A DNA stretch of 53,433 nucleotides from Eubacteriales bacterium (GTDB lineage: Bacteria > Bacillota > Clostridia > Oscillospirales > CAG-382): NCBI GenBank assembly GCA_045646465.1, contig JAZRKT010000032.1, forward strand, positions 1 through 53,433, read 5' to 3'. The position numbers and the translations under genes are program-made. The notes below the pieces were generated by a model. It saw nothing but the letters and a program-made list of their open reading frames with translations. It had not been told where the DNA came from and ran no database searches. Below, one piece after another: positions 19,320 to 28,924 of this stretch (positions are counted from its first letter, which is position 1; each line of letters opens with the position of its first letter).

Positions 19320-20798
19320 TTAAAACGCAAGAACCTCTTTAAGCATATCCTGCTTATCAACGGACTTTGTAAATCTTACGCTCTTGTCAAACAATGTTTC
19401 AAGAGGTGAGGGAATCTCAGTCTTGGAAATTTCTCCCAGCTTTGTAAGCACTTCCTTAAGGTCTTCAGGCACCTTTTCGCCAAGGGAAACAAGTACATCT
19501 GCCGCAAACTTATAGGGGCTTGCTGTGGAAGCTACAATATTCTTAAGACCCTTGCCGTTTTCTTCAAGATACATATGAGCCGCCTTTACCGCAACTGCAG
19601 TATGGGGGTCGCAAAGATATGAATACTTGTCAAAGGTGCTCTTAATTGTTTCCTTGCAGTTTTCTTCGTCACAGCAGTAGGCAGAAAATTCAGACTTGAT
19701 TTTTTCCAGAATTACAGGCTCAACCGTATATACGCCATCCTTAGACAGCTTTTCCATATATTCACGTGTTTTTCCTGCACCTGCAATATAGCTGAGAAGT
19801 CTTTCGAGGTTGGAGGAAATAAGAATATCCATAGAAGGAGAAATTGTGGTATAGAACTTACGGTTTCTGTCATAAACACCTGTATTGAGAAAATCCGTAA
19901 GAATGTTGTTGCTGTTTGAAGCACAGATAAAGCGGTTTACGGGAAGACCCATACGCTTTGCAAGATATGCTGCAAATATGTTACCGAAGTTTCCCGTGGG
20001 AACGGTGATGTCAACCTTTTCGCCAAGTGCAATGTCGCCTTCTGCAACAAGGTCTGCATATGCCGAAATATAGTAAACAATCTGAGGAGCAAGTCTTCCC
20101 CAGTTAATGGAGTTTGCGCTTGAAAGGAAGCAATCCTTTTCAGCAAGAACCTTCTTTGCCTCAGCATCTGCAAAAATCTTCTTAACTCCCGTCTGAGCGT
20201 CGTCAAAATTACCCTTGATTGCAGTTACGCATACATTTGCGCCTTCTTGAGTCGCCATCTGCATTTTCTGCATATCGCTTACGCCGTCTTCAGGATAGAA
20301 CACCATAATCTTGATGCTGTCAACATCCTTATAGCCTTCCAGAGCCGCCTTGCCTGTGTCGCCGCTTGTTGCAACGAGAATGTATGCCGTCTTATCCTCT
20401 CCTGTCTTTTTGAGAGCGAGAGAAAGGAGTCTTGGCATAATCTGAAGTGCCATATCCTTAAATGCGCAAGTAGGACCGTGCCACAGCTCAAGAACTCTCA
20501 AATCATCTCCGATAAAGCTGCTTACAGGCGCCGCAAATTCGCCGAAGTTATCGCCATATGCCTTTGTTGCGCAGTAAAGAAGCTCTTCGTAAGTATAATC
20601 CGTAAGATAAAGCGACAGCACCTTTGCTGCTCTTTCGTAGTAAGGAAGCGTGCCTATATTTTTAATAAAATCAAGGTCTATCTGAGGAATACTTTCGGGA
20701 AGAAAAAGACCTCCGTCGTCTGCAATACCCTGCTTGATAGCCTGAGCTGCTGTTATTGGGTGAAGCTTTTCAATGTCTCTTGTGCTGTAGTAATTCAT
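19320..20798 (-). CDS. thrC: Threonine synthase (long form)
   Basis: 492 aa with the PLP-lysine motif GPTCAFKDMALQ. Confidence 0.9.
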   Translation of the reverse strand: MNYYSTRDIEKLHPITAAQAIKQGIADDGGLFLPESIPQIDLDFIKNIGTLPYYERAAKVLSLYLTDYTYEELLYCATKAYGDNFGEFAAPVSSFIGDDLRVLELWHGPTCAFKDMALQIMPRLLSLALKKTGEDKTAYILVATSGDTGKAALEGYKDVDSIKIMVFYPEDGVSDMQKMQMATQEGANVCVTAIKGNFDDAQTGVKKIFADAEAKKVLAEKDCFLSSANSINWGRLAPQIVYYISAYADLVAEGDIALGEKVDITVPTGNFGNIFAAYLAKRMGLPVNRFICASNSNNILTDFLNTGVYDRNRKFYTTISPSMDILISSNLERLLSYIAGAGKTREYMEKLSKDGVYTVEPVILEKIKSEFSAYCCDEENCKETIKSTFDKYSYLCDPHTAVAVKAAHMYLEENGKGLKNIVASTASPYKFAADVLVSLGEKVPEDLKEVLTKLGEISKTEIPSPLETLFDKSVRFTKSVDKQDMLKEVLAF

Positions 20799-20828
20799 TT
20801 TGCTGTTCCTTTCTTTTATGTCAAAAAA

Positions 20829-21797
20829 CTAATTTAATGCTGTATTAAAAAATCTGTAAGCATTGGCGAAAAACACGTTATCTGCAACACTATCGTCTGT
20901 GCCTCTGTTGGTAAGCGCCTGATAAAGAACAGGCACCTTCGATACATCCTCAAGACCCGGCAAGGGCTCCGTTCCGTCAAAATCAAGACCGAGACACAGA
21001 GCTTTGTCATCTATTTCAAGAAAATGCTCTATATGTGAGCACACCGTGCCCAGCACCGTGTTGTCGTCGGGAGTGCTTTGGGCATATGCCTTACCAAGAT
21101 GCTTTGCAACAAGGTTTACGCCCACAATTCCTCCGCAGGAGGCAACTGTTCTGTACTGTACATCGGTGAGATTTCTCTTGTGGCTGCATATTAAATTCGC
21201 ATTGGAATGTGAGGCTATAAAGGGCTTTTGTGCCTTATTTGCCACATCCCAGAAGCCCTTTTCGGACATATGGGAAACGTCAACGACAATGCCCAGGCGT
21301 TCACATTCATTTAACACCTCAAAGCCAAAATCCGTCAGCCCCTCGTCGGTGTCGTATGCACCACCGATAACCGATTTTCCCTTCCAGCAAAGAGTAAGTA
21401 TCCTTACGCCTTCGTTCCTTAAAACCTCAAGTCTTGACAAATCTTTGCCTAAAAGCCTTGCATCCTCAACCGACATTATTGCACACATTTTTCCGTCGTT
21501 TAAGGCGTTTTTCATCTGTGTTCCGTCTGTGCAAAGACTTACAAATTCGCAATTTTTATCAAGCTGCTGTTTAAATTCCAAAGAAATGTGTTTGAAATTG
21601 ACGTATGCCTCGTCATCGCTTAAAGACTCGTCGCTCCATACTGCAAAAACCTGTGCCTTTTTGTCAAATTCCGTGTATTTATCCAAATCAACGCCAAGGC
21701 TGTTTTTTGCCAGCTCCTGCTTTGTGCGGTACATTTCATATGCCGTATCGCAATGCAGGTCAAATAGTGATAGCAATGCTGTCACCTCCATCATCAA
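20829..21797 (-). CDS. M19 family membrane dipeptidase-like protein
   Basis: N-terminal FDLHCDT zinc motif and VDVSH. Length of 322 aa fits. Confidence 0.8.
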   Translation of the reverse strand: MMMEVTALLSLFDLHCDTAYEMYRTKQELAKNSLGVDLDKYTEFDKKAQVFAVWSDESLSDDEAYVNFKHISLEFKQQLDKNCEFVSLCTDGTQMKNALNDGKMCAIMSVEDARLLGKDLSRLEVLRNEGVRILTLCWKGKSVIGGAYDTDEGLTDFGFEVLNECERLGIVVDVSHMSEKGFWDVANKAQKPFIASHSNANLICSHKRNLTDVQYRTVASCGGIVGVNLVAKHLGKAYAQSTPDDNTVLGTVCSHIEHFLEIDDKALCLGLDFDGTEPLPGLEDVSKVPVLYQALTNRGTDDSVADNVFFANAYRFFNTALN

Positions 21798-22168
21798 CCG
21801 ATATTTACAATATGGTTGTATTTTTTTACCATTCTCTTTCCCGTATAAATCTCAACAACATCTATTCTGGGCACAAGCGCATTTACATAAATGTTGTCCT
21901 TGTACTCATTGAGAAAAAACTCCATAGCTGCTCTGATTTTCGCCAATTTTTCGCCGTCAACAGCGCCTGCTGCGCTGTCGCCCGAAGAAATACTGCGAAG
22001 CTTTACCTCAACAAAGCAGATTGCATCCTCCTTTGTTGCAATAAGGTCAACCTCTCCCTCAGGGCAGGTGTAATTTCTGCACATTATGCTGTAGCCTTCC
22101 TTTGACAGTATCATTGAAGCATAGTTTTCGCCGCTGCTGCCAACTGTTCTTTTACTTTTCTGTCTCAT
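21794..22168 (-). CDS. yraN: YraN family (UPF0102) endonuclease-like protein
   Basis: GENYASMILSKEGYSIMCRNYTCPEGEVDLIA...FVEVK restriction-endonuclease-like core. The start is set at MRQKSK (22168). The longer track ORF would run 155 nt into rnhB. Confidence 0.8.
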   Translation of the reverse strand: MRQKSKRTVGSSGENYASMILSKEGYSIMCRNYTCPEGEVDLIATKEDAICFVEVKLRSISSGDSAAGAVDGEKLAKIRAAMEFFLNEYKDNIYVNALVPRIDVVEIYTGKRMVKKYNHIVNIG

Positions 22169-22874
22169 TTTTAGTATCGAAATATTTCTTAAAAAAGCTC
22201 CTTCTGTGCTCCTCACACAGACCGTATTTATCAACAGCTTCGTAATGAAGCTTTGTGCCGTAGCCCTTGTGCTTACTGAACAGGTATTGCGGATACTTTC
22301 TGTCAAGTACCTCTAAGCAATATCTGTCTCTTGACACCTTTGCGAGAATAGACGCTGCCGCAATTGAAAAGCTTTTGCCATCTCCGCCTACAATTGCTTT
22401 TGCAGGTATTGTAAAGCCCCGAACCTGATTGCCGTCAACAATTACTCCGTCCGCCTTGAGAGCTTTTCCGCCAATGCTTTCAATATCAAGCTTTTCAAGC
22501 TCGCTTTCATTTAAACTCCTGTCAATGCTCAGCCCGTCTATAGCCTTTCTCATAGCGTGAAGAGATGCAGAAAGTATATCCGTTTCTTCAATTTCCTCTA
22601 CCGTACTGTAGGCAACGCAGTAGGATAGCGCATTCTCCTTTATAAGAGGCTCCAATGCTTCTCTTCTTTTCTCTGTAAGCTTTTTGGAATCGTCAAGCAC
22701 CTTTAAGTATTCTTTATCCGTATTTTCCGTATCAAGCACCACCGCCGCCGCATATACTCTGCCCGCAAGCGGTCCTCTGCCTGCTTCGTCTGTTCCGCAG
22801 ACAATTTTTCCATATCCCAATAGCTCTTTTTCATACTCAAAGCTGAGGGGCTGTTTTTCTTCTTTTTTAGCCAT
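22152..22874 (-). CDS. rnhB: Ribonuclease HII
   Basis: GTDEAGRGPLAGRV catalytic motif, DDSKKL, 240 aa. The ylqF-rnhB order matches Bacillus. Confidence 0.92.
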   Translation of the reverse strand: MAKKEEKQPLSFEYEKELLGYGKIVCGTDEAGRGPLAGRVYAAAVVLDTENTDKEYLKVLDDSKKLTEKRREALEPLIKENALSYCVAYSTVEEIEETDILSASLHAMRKAIDGLSIDRSLNESELEKLDIESIGGKALKADGVIVDGNQVRGFTIPAKAIVGGDGKSFSIAAASILAKVSRDRYCLEVLDRKYPQYLFSKHKGYGTKLHYEAVDKYGLCEEHRRSFFKKYFDTKNETEK

Positions 22875-22889
22875 AGTATACCTGTATAC

Positions 22890-23948
22890 CTAATCTAAAG
22901 TAATTCTTCCGATTTTTCCGTCTCTGAATTCGTCCAGCAGCATCCTTGCTGTTCTCGGATAATCAACCTCGCCGCCCGAAATAAGAAAACCGCGTTTTTT
23001 TCCGATAGCCTCAAAAATTTCGTGGGGAAGCTTATCCTCAACGTCTTCTCTTGAAATTTTGTATCTGTTGAACATAAGTGACGGATACTTTTCCATAAGC
23101 CTTGACGTAAGAAGCACCGCAATGCTTTCTATATCAAGAATTTCATCCCTAATAGCACCTGTAAAGGCAAGGTTTAGACCTACGTTTTCATCCTCAAACT
23201 TGGGCCACAATACGCCGGGAGTGTCAAGCAAATCGACCTTATCCTCGACGGTAACCCATTGCTGTATGCGTGTGACACCGGGACGGTTTTCGCTTTTAGC
23301 CTTTTTGGAGCCGTAAAGCCTGTTAATAAGGGTGCTTTTACCGCAGTTTGTAACGCCCATAATCATCACACGGGGGATTTTTTTCATTCCCTTGTTTTCA
23401 TAGCGTTCAAGCTTTTCACGCAGAGCACTTCTTATTGCAGGAACAATCTCGTCAATGCCCTGGCCTGTCATACAGTCGGTAAATATTATGCGGTGACCTT
23501 CCTGTGCCGCCTGTTCTTTAAAGCGTGCACTTACTGTGGGGTCGGCAAGCGAACATTTGTTCATAACAGTAATGTAAGGCTTACTACCCACAATTTCTTT
23601 CACCTTTGGGTTTCTGCTTGAAACGGGAATTCTGCTGTCACACAGCTCAAGAACAAGGTCAACCTGCTTTAAGCTGTCCTCAATTTCACGCAGAGCCTTT
23701 GTCATATGACCCGGAAACCATTGGATTACCTTGGCAAGCTCCCTTGCATTTGAAGCACCCGAGGTTGCTTCGGTTTTGTTCTGAAGCTTTTCACGGGGAG
23801 ATTTTTTATGCACCTTAACAGCACTGCCGTCAGCATTTATTTTGCCGACAGGGGAGTTATAAAAGCGTTTTACGCTTTTTTGCTTCGCTGATTTTTCCTT
23901 TTTTGCCGCAGCCTTATAGCCGGGCTTTACCTTCTTAGTTACTGCCAT
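22890..23948 (-). CDS. rbgA: Ribosome biogenesis GTPase A (RbgA/YlqF) with a ~75-aa lysine-rich N-terminal extension
   Basis: The canonical core starts at IQWFPGHMTKA. It is a circularly permuted GTPase (NKCSLAD ... GVTNCGKST). The ATG at 23948 has AAAGGAA 6 nt upstream. Confidence 0.9.
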   Translation of the reverse strand: MAVTKKVKPGYKAAAKKEKSAKQKSVKRFYNSPVGKINADGSAVKVHKKSPREKLQNKTEATSGASNARELAKVIQWFPGHMTKALREIEDSLKQVDLVLELCDSRIPVSSRNPKVKEIVGSKPYITVMNKCSLADPTVSARFKEQAAQEGHRIIFTDCMTGQGIDEIVPAIRSALREKLERYENKGMKKIPRVMIMGVTNCGKSTLINRLYGSKKAKSENRPGVTRIQQWVTVEDKVDLLDTPGVLWPKFEDENVGLNLAFTGAIRDEILDIESIAVLLTSRLMEKYPSLMFNRYKISREDVEDKLPHEIFEAIGKKRGFLISGGEVDYPRTARMLLDEFRDGKIGRITLD

Positions 23949-24003
23949 TTATTATTCCTTTTTTTAGCCCAAAACAGCTCTTTTAGTGATATTTCCTACA
24001 TTA

Positions 24004-25107
24004 TTATATATTACCGAAAATAGACTCCTGTCCGCCGTCTCCGCCGGGCTTCTCCTTTTTGTCCTCGATGTACTGCCGTCCAAGGTGCTCATAAGCACGT
24101 CTTGTAGCCATTCTGCCTCTGGGTGTTCTGTTAAGAAAACCAAGCTGCATCAGGTACGGCTCATAGACATCCTCAAGAGTAATAGCCTCTTCGCCGATAG
24201 TTGCAGCAAGAGTTTCAAGACCCACAGGTCCTCCGTCAAAGAAGTCAATTATAGCTTCAAGCATACGTCTGTCGGTATTATCAAGACCCAGGTCATCAAT
24301 TTCAAGCATATTCAGTGCCTTTGATGCAATATCCTTAGTTATAATGCCGTCTCCGCGTACCTGAGCATAATCACGCACACGCTTAAGTAAGCGGTTGGCT
24401 ATTCTCGGCGTACCTCTTGAACGGCGAGCTATTTCAAAAGCACCGTCAGGCTTAGCGTTAATACCGAGAAGCTCGGCACTTCTCACCACAATGTCGCACA
24501 GCTCTTCATCTGTATACATTTCAAGTCTGTAAAGGTTCCCGAAACGGTCACGAAGGGGAGACGTAAGCTGACCTGCTCTTGTTGTAGCTCCAATCAGCGT
24601 AAAGGACGGCAGGGGAAGGCGTATACTTCTCGCCGACGGCCCTTTACCCATAATAATATCAAGATTATAATCCTCCATTGCAGGGTAGAGAATTTCCTCA
24701 ACCTGCCTTGAAAGACGGTGAATTTCGTCTATAAACAGAATATCTCCCTGCTTAAGATTGGTTAGGAGCGCCGCAAGATCTCCCTGCTTTTCTATTGCAG
24801 GTCCAGATGTAATGCGTATATCAACGCCCATTTCCGAAGCAATTATCGCCGCAAGAGTAGTTTTACCAAGACCGGGCGGGCCGTGAAGCAGAATATGGTC
24901 AAGGCTGTCGCCTCTCATTTTTGCCGCTTCCATTGATATAGACAGCTTTTCTTTAACCTTTTTCTGTCCCACATACTCGCCAAGCGTTTTAGGGCGCAGA
25001 GAAACCTCGGCATCACGCTCATCCTCTTGGCAGGTTCGCGCACTTACAATTCTACTTTCGAAGTCATATTCCTGTTCGTTATCGTTATTTCTACTGCTTT
25101 TAATCAT
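24004..25107 (-). CDS. ruvB: Holliday junction branch migration helicase RuvB
   Basis: [12 protein letters not shown], Walker [10 protein letters not shown] and Walker B FIDEIHRL. Confidence 0.95.
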   Translation of the reverse strand: MIKSSRNNDNEQEYDFESRIVSARTCQEDERDAEVSLRPKTLGEYVGQKKVKEKLSISMEAAKMRGDSLDHILLHGPPGLGKTTLAAIIASEMGVDIRITSGPAIEKQGDLAALLTNLKQGDILFIDEIHRLSRQVEEILYPAMEDYNLDIIMGKGPSARSIRLPLPSFTLIGATTRAGQLTSPLRDRFGNLYRLEMYTDEELCDIVVRSAELLGINAKPDGAFEIARRSRGTPRIANRLLKRVRDYAQVRGDGIITKDIASKALNMLEIDDLGLDNTDRRMLEAIIDFFDGGPVGLETLAATIGEEAITLEDVYEPYLMQLGFLNRTPRGRMATRRAYEHLGRQYIEDKKEKPGGDGGQESIFGNI

Positions 25108-25128
25108 ACAAATCCTCTGAAAATTCCG

Positions 25129-25779
25129 TTAAAAGAGCTGAGACAGGGAAGTCCTGATAAGCTCTTCAACCGTATTACCCTCCGCCTTGGACAAAGCTTT
25201 TTGTGCCTGTGACTTTGTATATCCGAGATTTACAAGAGCTTCAAGGGCAAGCTTATGATTTTCGGTATCGTTTTCAACGGCAACAGCAATTGTTTCACGT
25301 GAAACATCGCCGCTTTCGTCTTCATAGCCAAATTCAAGTATGAAGGCATCGATTTTGTTTTTCAAATCAATGCAAATTTTTTGCGCAGCCTTCTGACCAA
25401 CGCCTTGTGCTTTGGAAATAAGCCGTATGTCATCCTGACGTATAGCTGTACAAACGTCCTCGGGCGTCAGCACAGACAATATGGCAAGTGCTGCCTTTGG
25501 CCCAACGCCAGAAACCGTCTGCAACAGAGAAAACATTACACTTTCCTTGCGAGAATAGAACCCGTATACGTCGAAAATGCTTTCATCTCTGAGCTTGACG
25601 GAGGTAAATAGCTTAATTTTTATGCCGGCAACATCACCAATTGGGAGAAAAGCACCGTCCGACACAAGCTTTTCATAGGTTGTCGCCGTTATCATTGCGC
25701 AGTAACCTACGCCACCGCAATCAACAACCGCATACTGTCGGGTAAGCTCTGCAAGCGTTCCGTTTAAATAGTAAATCAT
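25129..25779 (-). CDS. ruvA: Holliday junction DNA-binding protein RuvA
   Basis: MIYYLNG...VDCGGVGY OB-fold, then HhH repeats (VSGVGPKAALAIL, AQGVGQKAAQKI) and a C-terminal domain III. Confidence 0.93.
   Translation of the reverse strand: MIYYLNGTLAELTRQYAVVDCGGVGYCAMITATTYEKLVSDGAFLPIGDVAGIKIKLFTSVKLRDESIFDVYGFYSRKESVMFSLLQTVSGVGPKAALAILSVLTPEDVCTAIRQDDIRLISKAQGVGQKAAQKICIDLKNKIDAFILEFGYEDESGDVSRETIAVAVENDTENHKLALEALVNLGYTKSQAQKALSKAEGNTVEELIRTSLSQLF
25291..25306. other. parS: parS (ParB/Spo0J binding site), perfect palindrome TGTTTCACGTGAAACA
   Basis: Exact 16-bp palindrome matching the Firmicute parS consensus. It lies in the ruvA domain II-III linker codons (DVSRET). Confidence 0.8.
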
Positions 25780-25784
25780 AGCTT

Positions 25785-26609
25785 TCAGTCAAAATACTTA
25801 AGAGCAGTTTCAGGAAGCTCGTCTTTTGTAATTTCGATTTCAAAATCGCCTGCCGCATAAGGAGCAATTTCATACTGATTAAAATAAATATTGATGCCGT
25901 TTTCAGTAAAGTACCAGGTATCAACCGCCGCTTCAACAAATGAAGACTGAATATAATCGTAATTTATAACGTCTTCGCCATACTTTTCCTTCAATTTATT
26001 ATATATAAGGCTGTCAGCGGCATCTCGCTGAGCGTCATCGCCCTCGGTATACATAATCTGTGCCAGATGATTTCCGTCAGCACAGTCAAAGTTGTAATAA
26101 TAAGTGCTAACAGTATGGTGAGGGCCACCTGCATAGTAGTCTATAGTTTCTTTAACCGTCGCAATCGTACCATTGTTGTTTACAAGCTCGTAGTTTGTAT
26201 CAATGGACCAGGGGAACATAGCAGCATCAACATCAAATCCTTCTGTAGCAAAAGCTTCAGACACAATATCAAGAATTTCATCACCGCTTGTCTTGTTTCT
26301 GTTGTACGCTTCCAGAAGCACTTTGTTTATGCTCTTCGTTACATCAGAAAACTCTCTGCTCTGCGCAACCACCGACGCCTTACGTACAGTACCGTCAACA
26401 TATACAAGCTCTTCGTTGTTCTTATCGGTAACGGAAATGGGATAATCCTTTACAAGCATCTGAAACTGCGGTTTCTCGACGCTCTGAGAGGTCTCGGCGT
26501 TGTCCTTTCCTTCATTAACATCATTATTTTCCTGTGTTTTATTGCACGCAACTGCTGTGCATATTACAAGTCCCGCAAGAATTGCAGCAAAAATACTCTT
26601 TTTTTTCAT
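25785..26609 (-). CDS. DUF4163/DUF3298 (RsiV/PdaC-like) lipoprotein
   Basis: Lipobox LVICTAVAC. YYAGGPHHTVSTYYYNFD is the hallmark of DUF3298. Confidence 0.7.
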   Translation of the reverse strand: MKKKSIFAAILAGLVICTAVACNKTQENNDVNEGKDNAETSQSVEKPQFQMLVKDYPISVTDKNNEELVYVDGTVRKASVVAQSREFSDVTKSINKVLLEAYNRNKTSGDEILDIVSEAFATEGFDVDAAMFPWSIDTNYELVNNNGTIATVKETIDYYAGGPHHTVSTYYYNFDCADGNHLAQIMYTEGDDAQRDAADSLIYNKLKEKYGEDVINYDYIQSSFVEAAVDTWYFTENGINIYFNQYEIAPYAAGDFEIEITKDELPETALKYFD

Positions 26610-26673
26610 ATCAAAATTCCTTTCTGTGTATCATCATATTTATATATTGTATGCAAAATCACGATTTATTATT

Positions 26674-28635
26674 TCAATTCCTTGCCATCAGGTAATCCAT
26701 CGGGTCTACGACTTTACCATTTTTTATAATTTCAAAATGTATGTGTACACCGGTTACATATCCCGTCGAGCCCATTTTAGCTATCAACTGTCCCTGCTTT
26801 ACCTTTTGCATCTCGGCAACAAGCAACTCCGAACAGTGGGCGTATCGGGTTATTGTTCCGTCATCGTGCTGAATCAGAATACACCGTCCGTAGCCGTCTC
26901 CGCGGTCTTTAGCCTGTATAACGGTGCCGCCGTCTGAAGCCACAAGGTCAAGCCCCATATCACTTCGCATATCAAGCCCTTTATGGAACTCATTGTGTCC
27001 GCCAAGGAGTCGCCAGCCGTAAGCGCTTGAAATTTCGCCCTTACTCGGATAAATGTACGTTCCTGTTGACTTATACTGTTTTTCCTCCTCGGTAAGAGGC
27101 CTTGTACCAAGCTTTTTCACAGCTTTAACAGGCTGAGTGACCGCCTCTTCGCTGAGAAGTCTCCTCGCCGTTTCCTTTCCGTCAGTATATGTCACCGCAT
27201 AGGTGGCCTTTCGAACCCCGTTTCTGCCTGCACTTACGGAAGAAGTAAGTCCTTCCGGCAAATCGTCATCATAAATGTACTCGGTGTCATAAGGCATAAT
27301 CTCCGTTACCGTCTCGGTTCTTGTGACCACAGCCTCCATAGTAACCGACAAAGCAGACGGAAGACCTTCTGTGGCGATACCGCTTGACATTCCCGCAGTA
27401 TATCCGTCGGTTATCAAAGCGTTGTCAACATACAGATTAGCATCAGCCGATACTTTGGCGGCAGTTCCGTCATCATTGATAGGCGGAAGCGACAGCAAAG
27501 CTCTGAGAGCTGACGCATCCACAAACAGCGACTGTGGGAACGCACCCTGACGTATTATAAAGTCCTTATATCCGATATTCTGCACATTGTCGTCAGCCAC
27601 AAGTTCAGGAAACCTCAGCTTTATGCTTTCGTTAAGACAGTAATCAAGCAACCTCTTATCTTCAACGGCGCAGACAGGCAAATCTCCCTTATACAGGCAA
27701 AATCCGTGTTCCATTTCCTCGTGCGCCGCCTCGTGCAAAACCTTGTTAAGCTTCGCCTCATTTAGCACATCTGACCGTTTCGCCCTTGACGCTTCATAAT
27801 CGAAGACGCACTCCATTGCGTAATTCAAGCCAAGGCTCATGGAAATAGAGCTTTCAACCGTCCGCTTTGCCAAAGCAACCTCGTCAATTGTCCGCACATT
27901 TCCAACGTGCTCCCCGTCAATGTACAGCTTGAGAACAGGAAGCTTTGCCATATTCACCGACGCTTCATTCCACCACAGTACGCCTATTGCCGCAGCAGCG
28001 CCGAGAAGCATCACCGTTAGCAAGCTTTTTGCGCTTCTCCCTACTTTTCCCGAGGTTTCAGCGCCTCTCGCAAGATTTCCTCCCGCAGTTTTAAGTGCTT
28101 CGCCCGTCTTACGTCTCACCTTACTCAACGACACCGGTATTTCCAGCAGCTTAAGTGCCACAGACCATTTATTGTGCCTCCACATTGTTGTGGCATTTGA
28201 AAACCACGACATTGGATGAAGGTATATATTTTCGTACTTCTTCTTTACACCAACGCCCGAAGAATAATAATTATCGCTACACCGCAGATAAACAGCATTG
28301 TACAGACTTTCAAGTCTTGACAATCCGTTGCTTCTGAAGCTTTTATACAGCTCCTTTAAACCGGGATTGTCAAAATCATAGGGATTGTTGTCAGCAATTC
28401 CTCCGACTCGCCTCATTCCGTCGCCTTTCGCCTTACGTGCAAGCTGTCGTTCAAGGCGTTCGCTTTCATCGGCAGGCGGCCTGCTTTTGTTTTTAGGAAC
28501 GCCCTTTATTATCAGCCGTTCGCCTCCGCCATGAGAAAATGTTTCACGTGAAACATCGAAGTTTTCGCCACGAACATTTGTTTGTTTTGCGGCGTTTTCA
28601 CCGTCTCGGCTAAATTGTTTTCTTTCTTCCGCCAA
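26674..28635 (-). CDS. Membrane-anchored M23 family peptidoglycan metalloendopeptidase with G5 domain
   Basis: C-terminal HKGLD...GVHIHFE (HxxxD/HxH), a G5-like segment (VTEIMPYDTEYIYDDDLPEG...KLGTRP) and a single TM (LLTVMLLGAAAAIGVLWW) after a ~210-aa cytoplasmic N-terminus. The start is set at TTG 28635, 7 nt after AAAGGAGG. Confidence 0.85.
   Translation of the reverse strand: MAEERKQFSRDGENAAKQTNVRGENFDVSRETFSHGGGERLIIKGVPKNKSRPPADESERLERQLARKAKGDGMRRVGGIADNNPYDFDNPGLKELYKSFRSNGLSRLESLYNAVYLRCSDNYYSSGVGVKKKYENIYLHPMSWFSNATTMWRHNKWSVALKLLEIPVSLSKVRRKTGEALKTAGGNLARGAETSGKVGRSAKSLLTVMLLGAAAAIGVLWWNEASVNMAKLPVLKLYIDGEHVGNVRTIDEVALAKRTVESSISMSLGLNYAMECVFDYEASRAKRSDVLNEAKLNKVLHEAAHEEMEHGFCLYKGDLPVCAVEDKRLLDYCLNESIKLRFPELVADDNVQNIGYKDFIIRQGAFPQSLFVDASALRALLSLPPINDDGTAAKVSADANLYVDNALITDGYTAGMSSGIATEGLPSALSVTMEAVVTRTETVTEIMPYDTEYIYDDDLPEGLTSSVSAGRNGVRKATYAVTYTDGKETARRLLSEEAVTQPVKAVKKLGTRPLTEEEKQYKSTGTYIYPSKGEISSAYGWRLLGGHNEFHKGLDMRSDMGLDLVASDGGTVIQAKDRGDGYGRCILIQHDDGTITRYAHCSELLVAEMQKVKQGQLIAKMGSTGYVTGVHIHFEIIKNGKVVDPMDYLMARN
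28540..28555. other. parS: parS (ParB/Spo0J binding site), perfect palindrome TGTTTCACGTGAAACA
   Basis: Second exact copy of the site at 25291-25306 (19 nt identical). It lies in the N-terminal codons (DVSRET) of the M23 peptidase gene. Confidence 0.8.
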
Positions 28636-28924
28636 AGCAGGACCTCCTTTCCGTACAAGTAGACACAATACTTCGATTGTATATATATTCAACTTACATT
28701 ATATATATATGAAGTGAACAAATCAAGCATTGCAAGGAATATTTACCTTTTAGACATAAAGAACCGCCATTAAAATCAAAACTTTGTTAATATTCAAACA
28801 TTGTTACCCAATGTTTTTTGCAAAATTTACGAACAATTAAAACATTTCACGACAAATGTGCTATACTTAGTGTGTAAATAAATAAATCCCGAAACACTCG
28901 GGTGCAGCACAAGGAGATATTATT

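Noticed and set aside
28636-28924. The AT-rich 289-bp divergent intergenic region at the edge of the minus-strand block, considered as a candidate oriC.
   Set aside because: No DnaA-box matches better than 3 mismatches were found by eye. It contains only ordinary promoter-like AT-rich sequence, a small ACATTT-N6-AAATGT repeat and a CCCGA-N5-TCGGG hairpin before the SDR gene.
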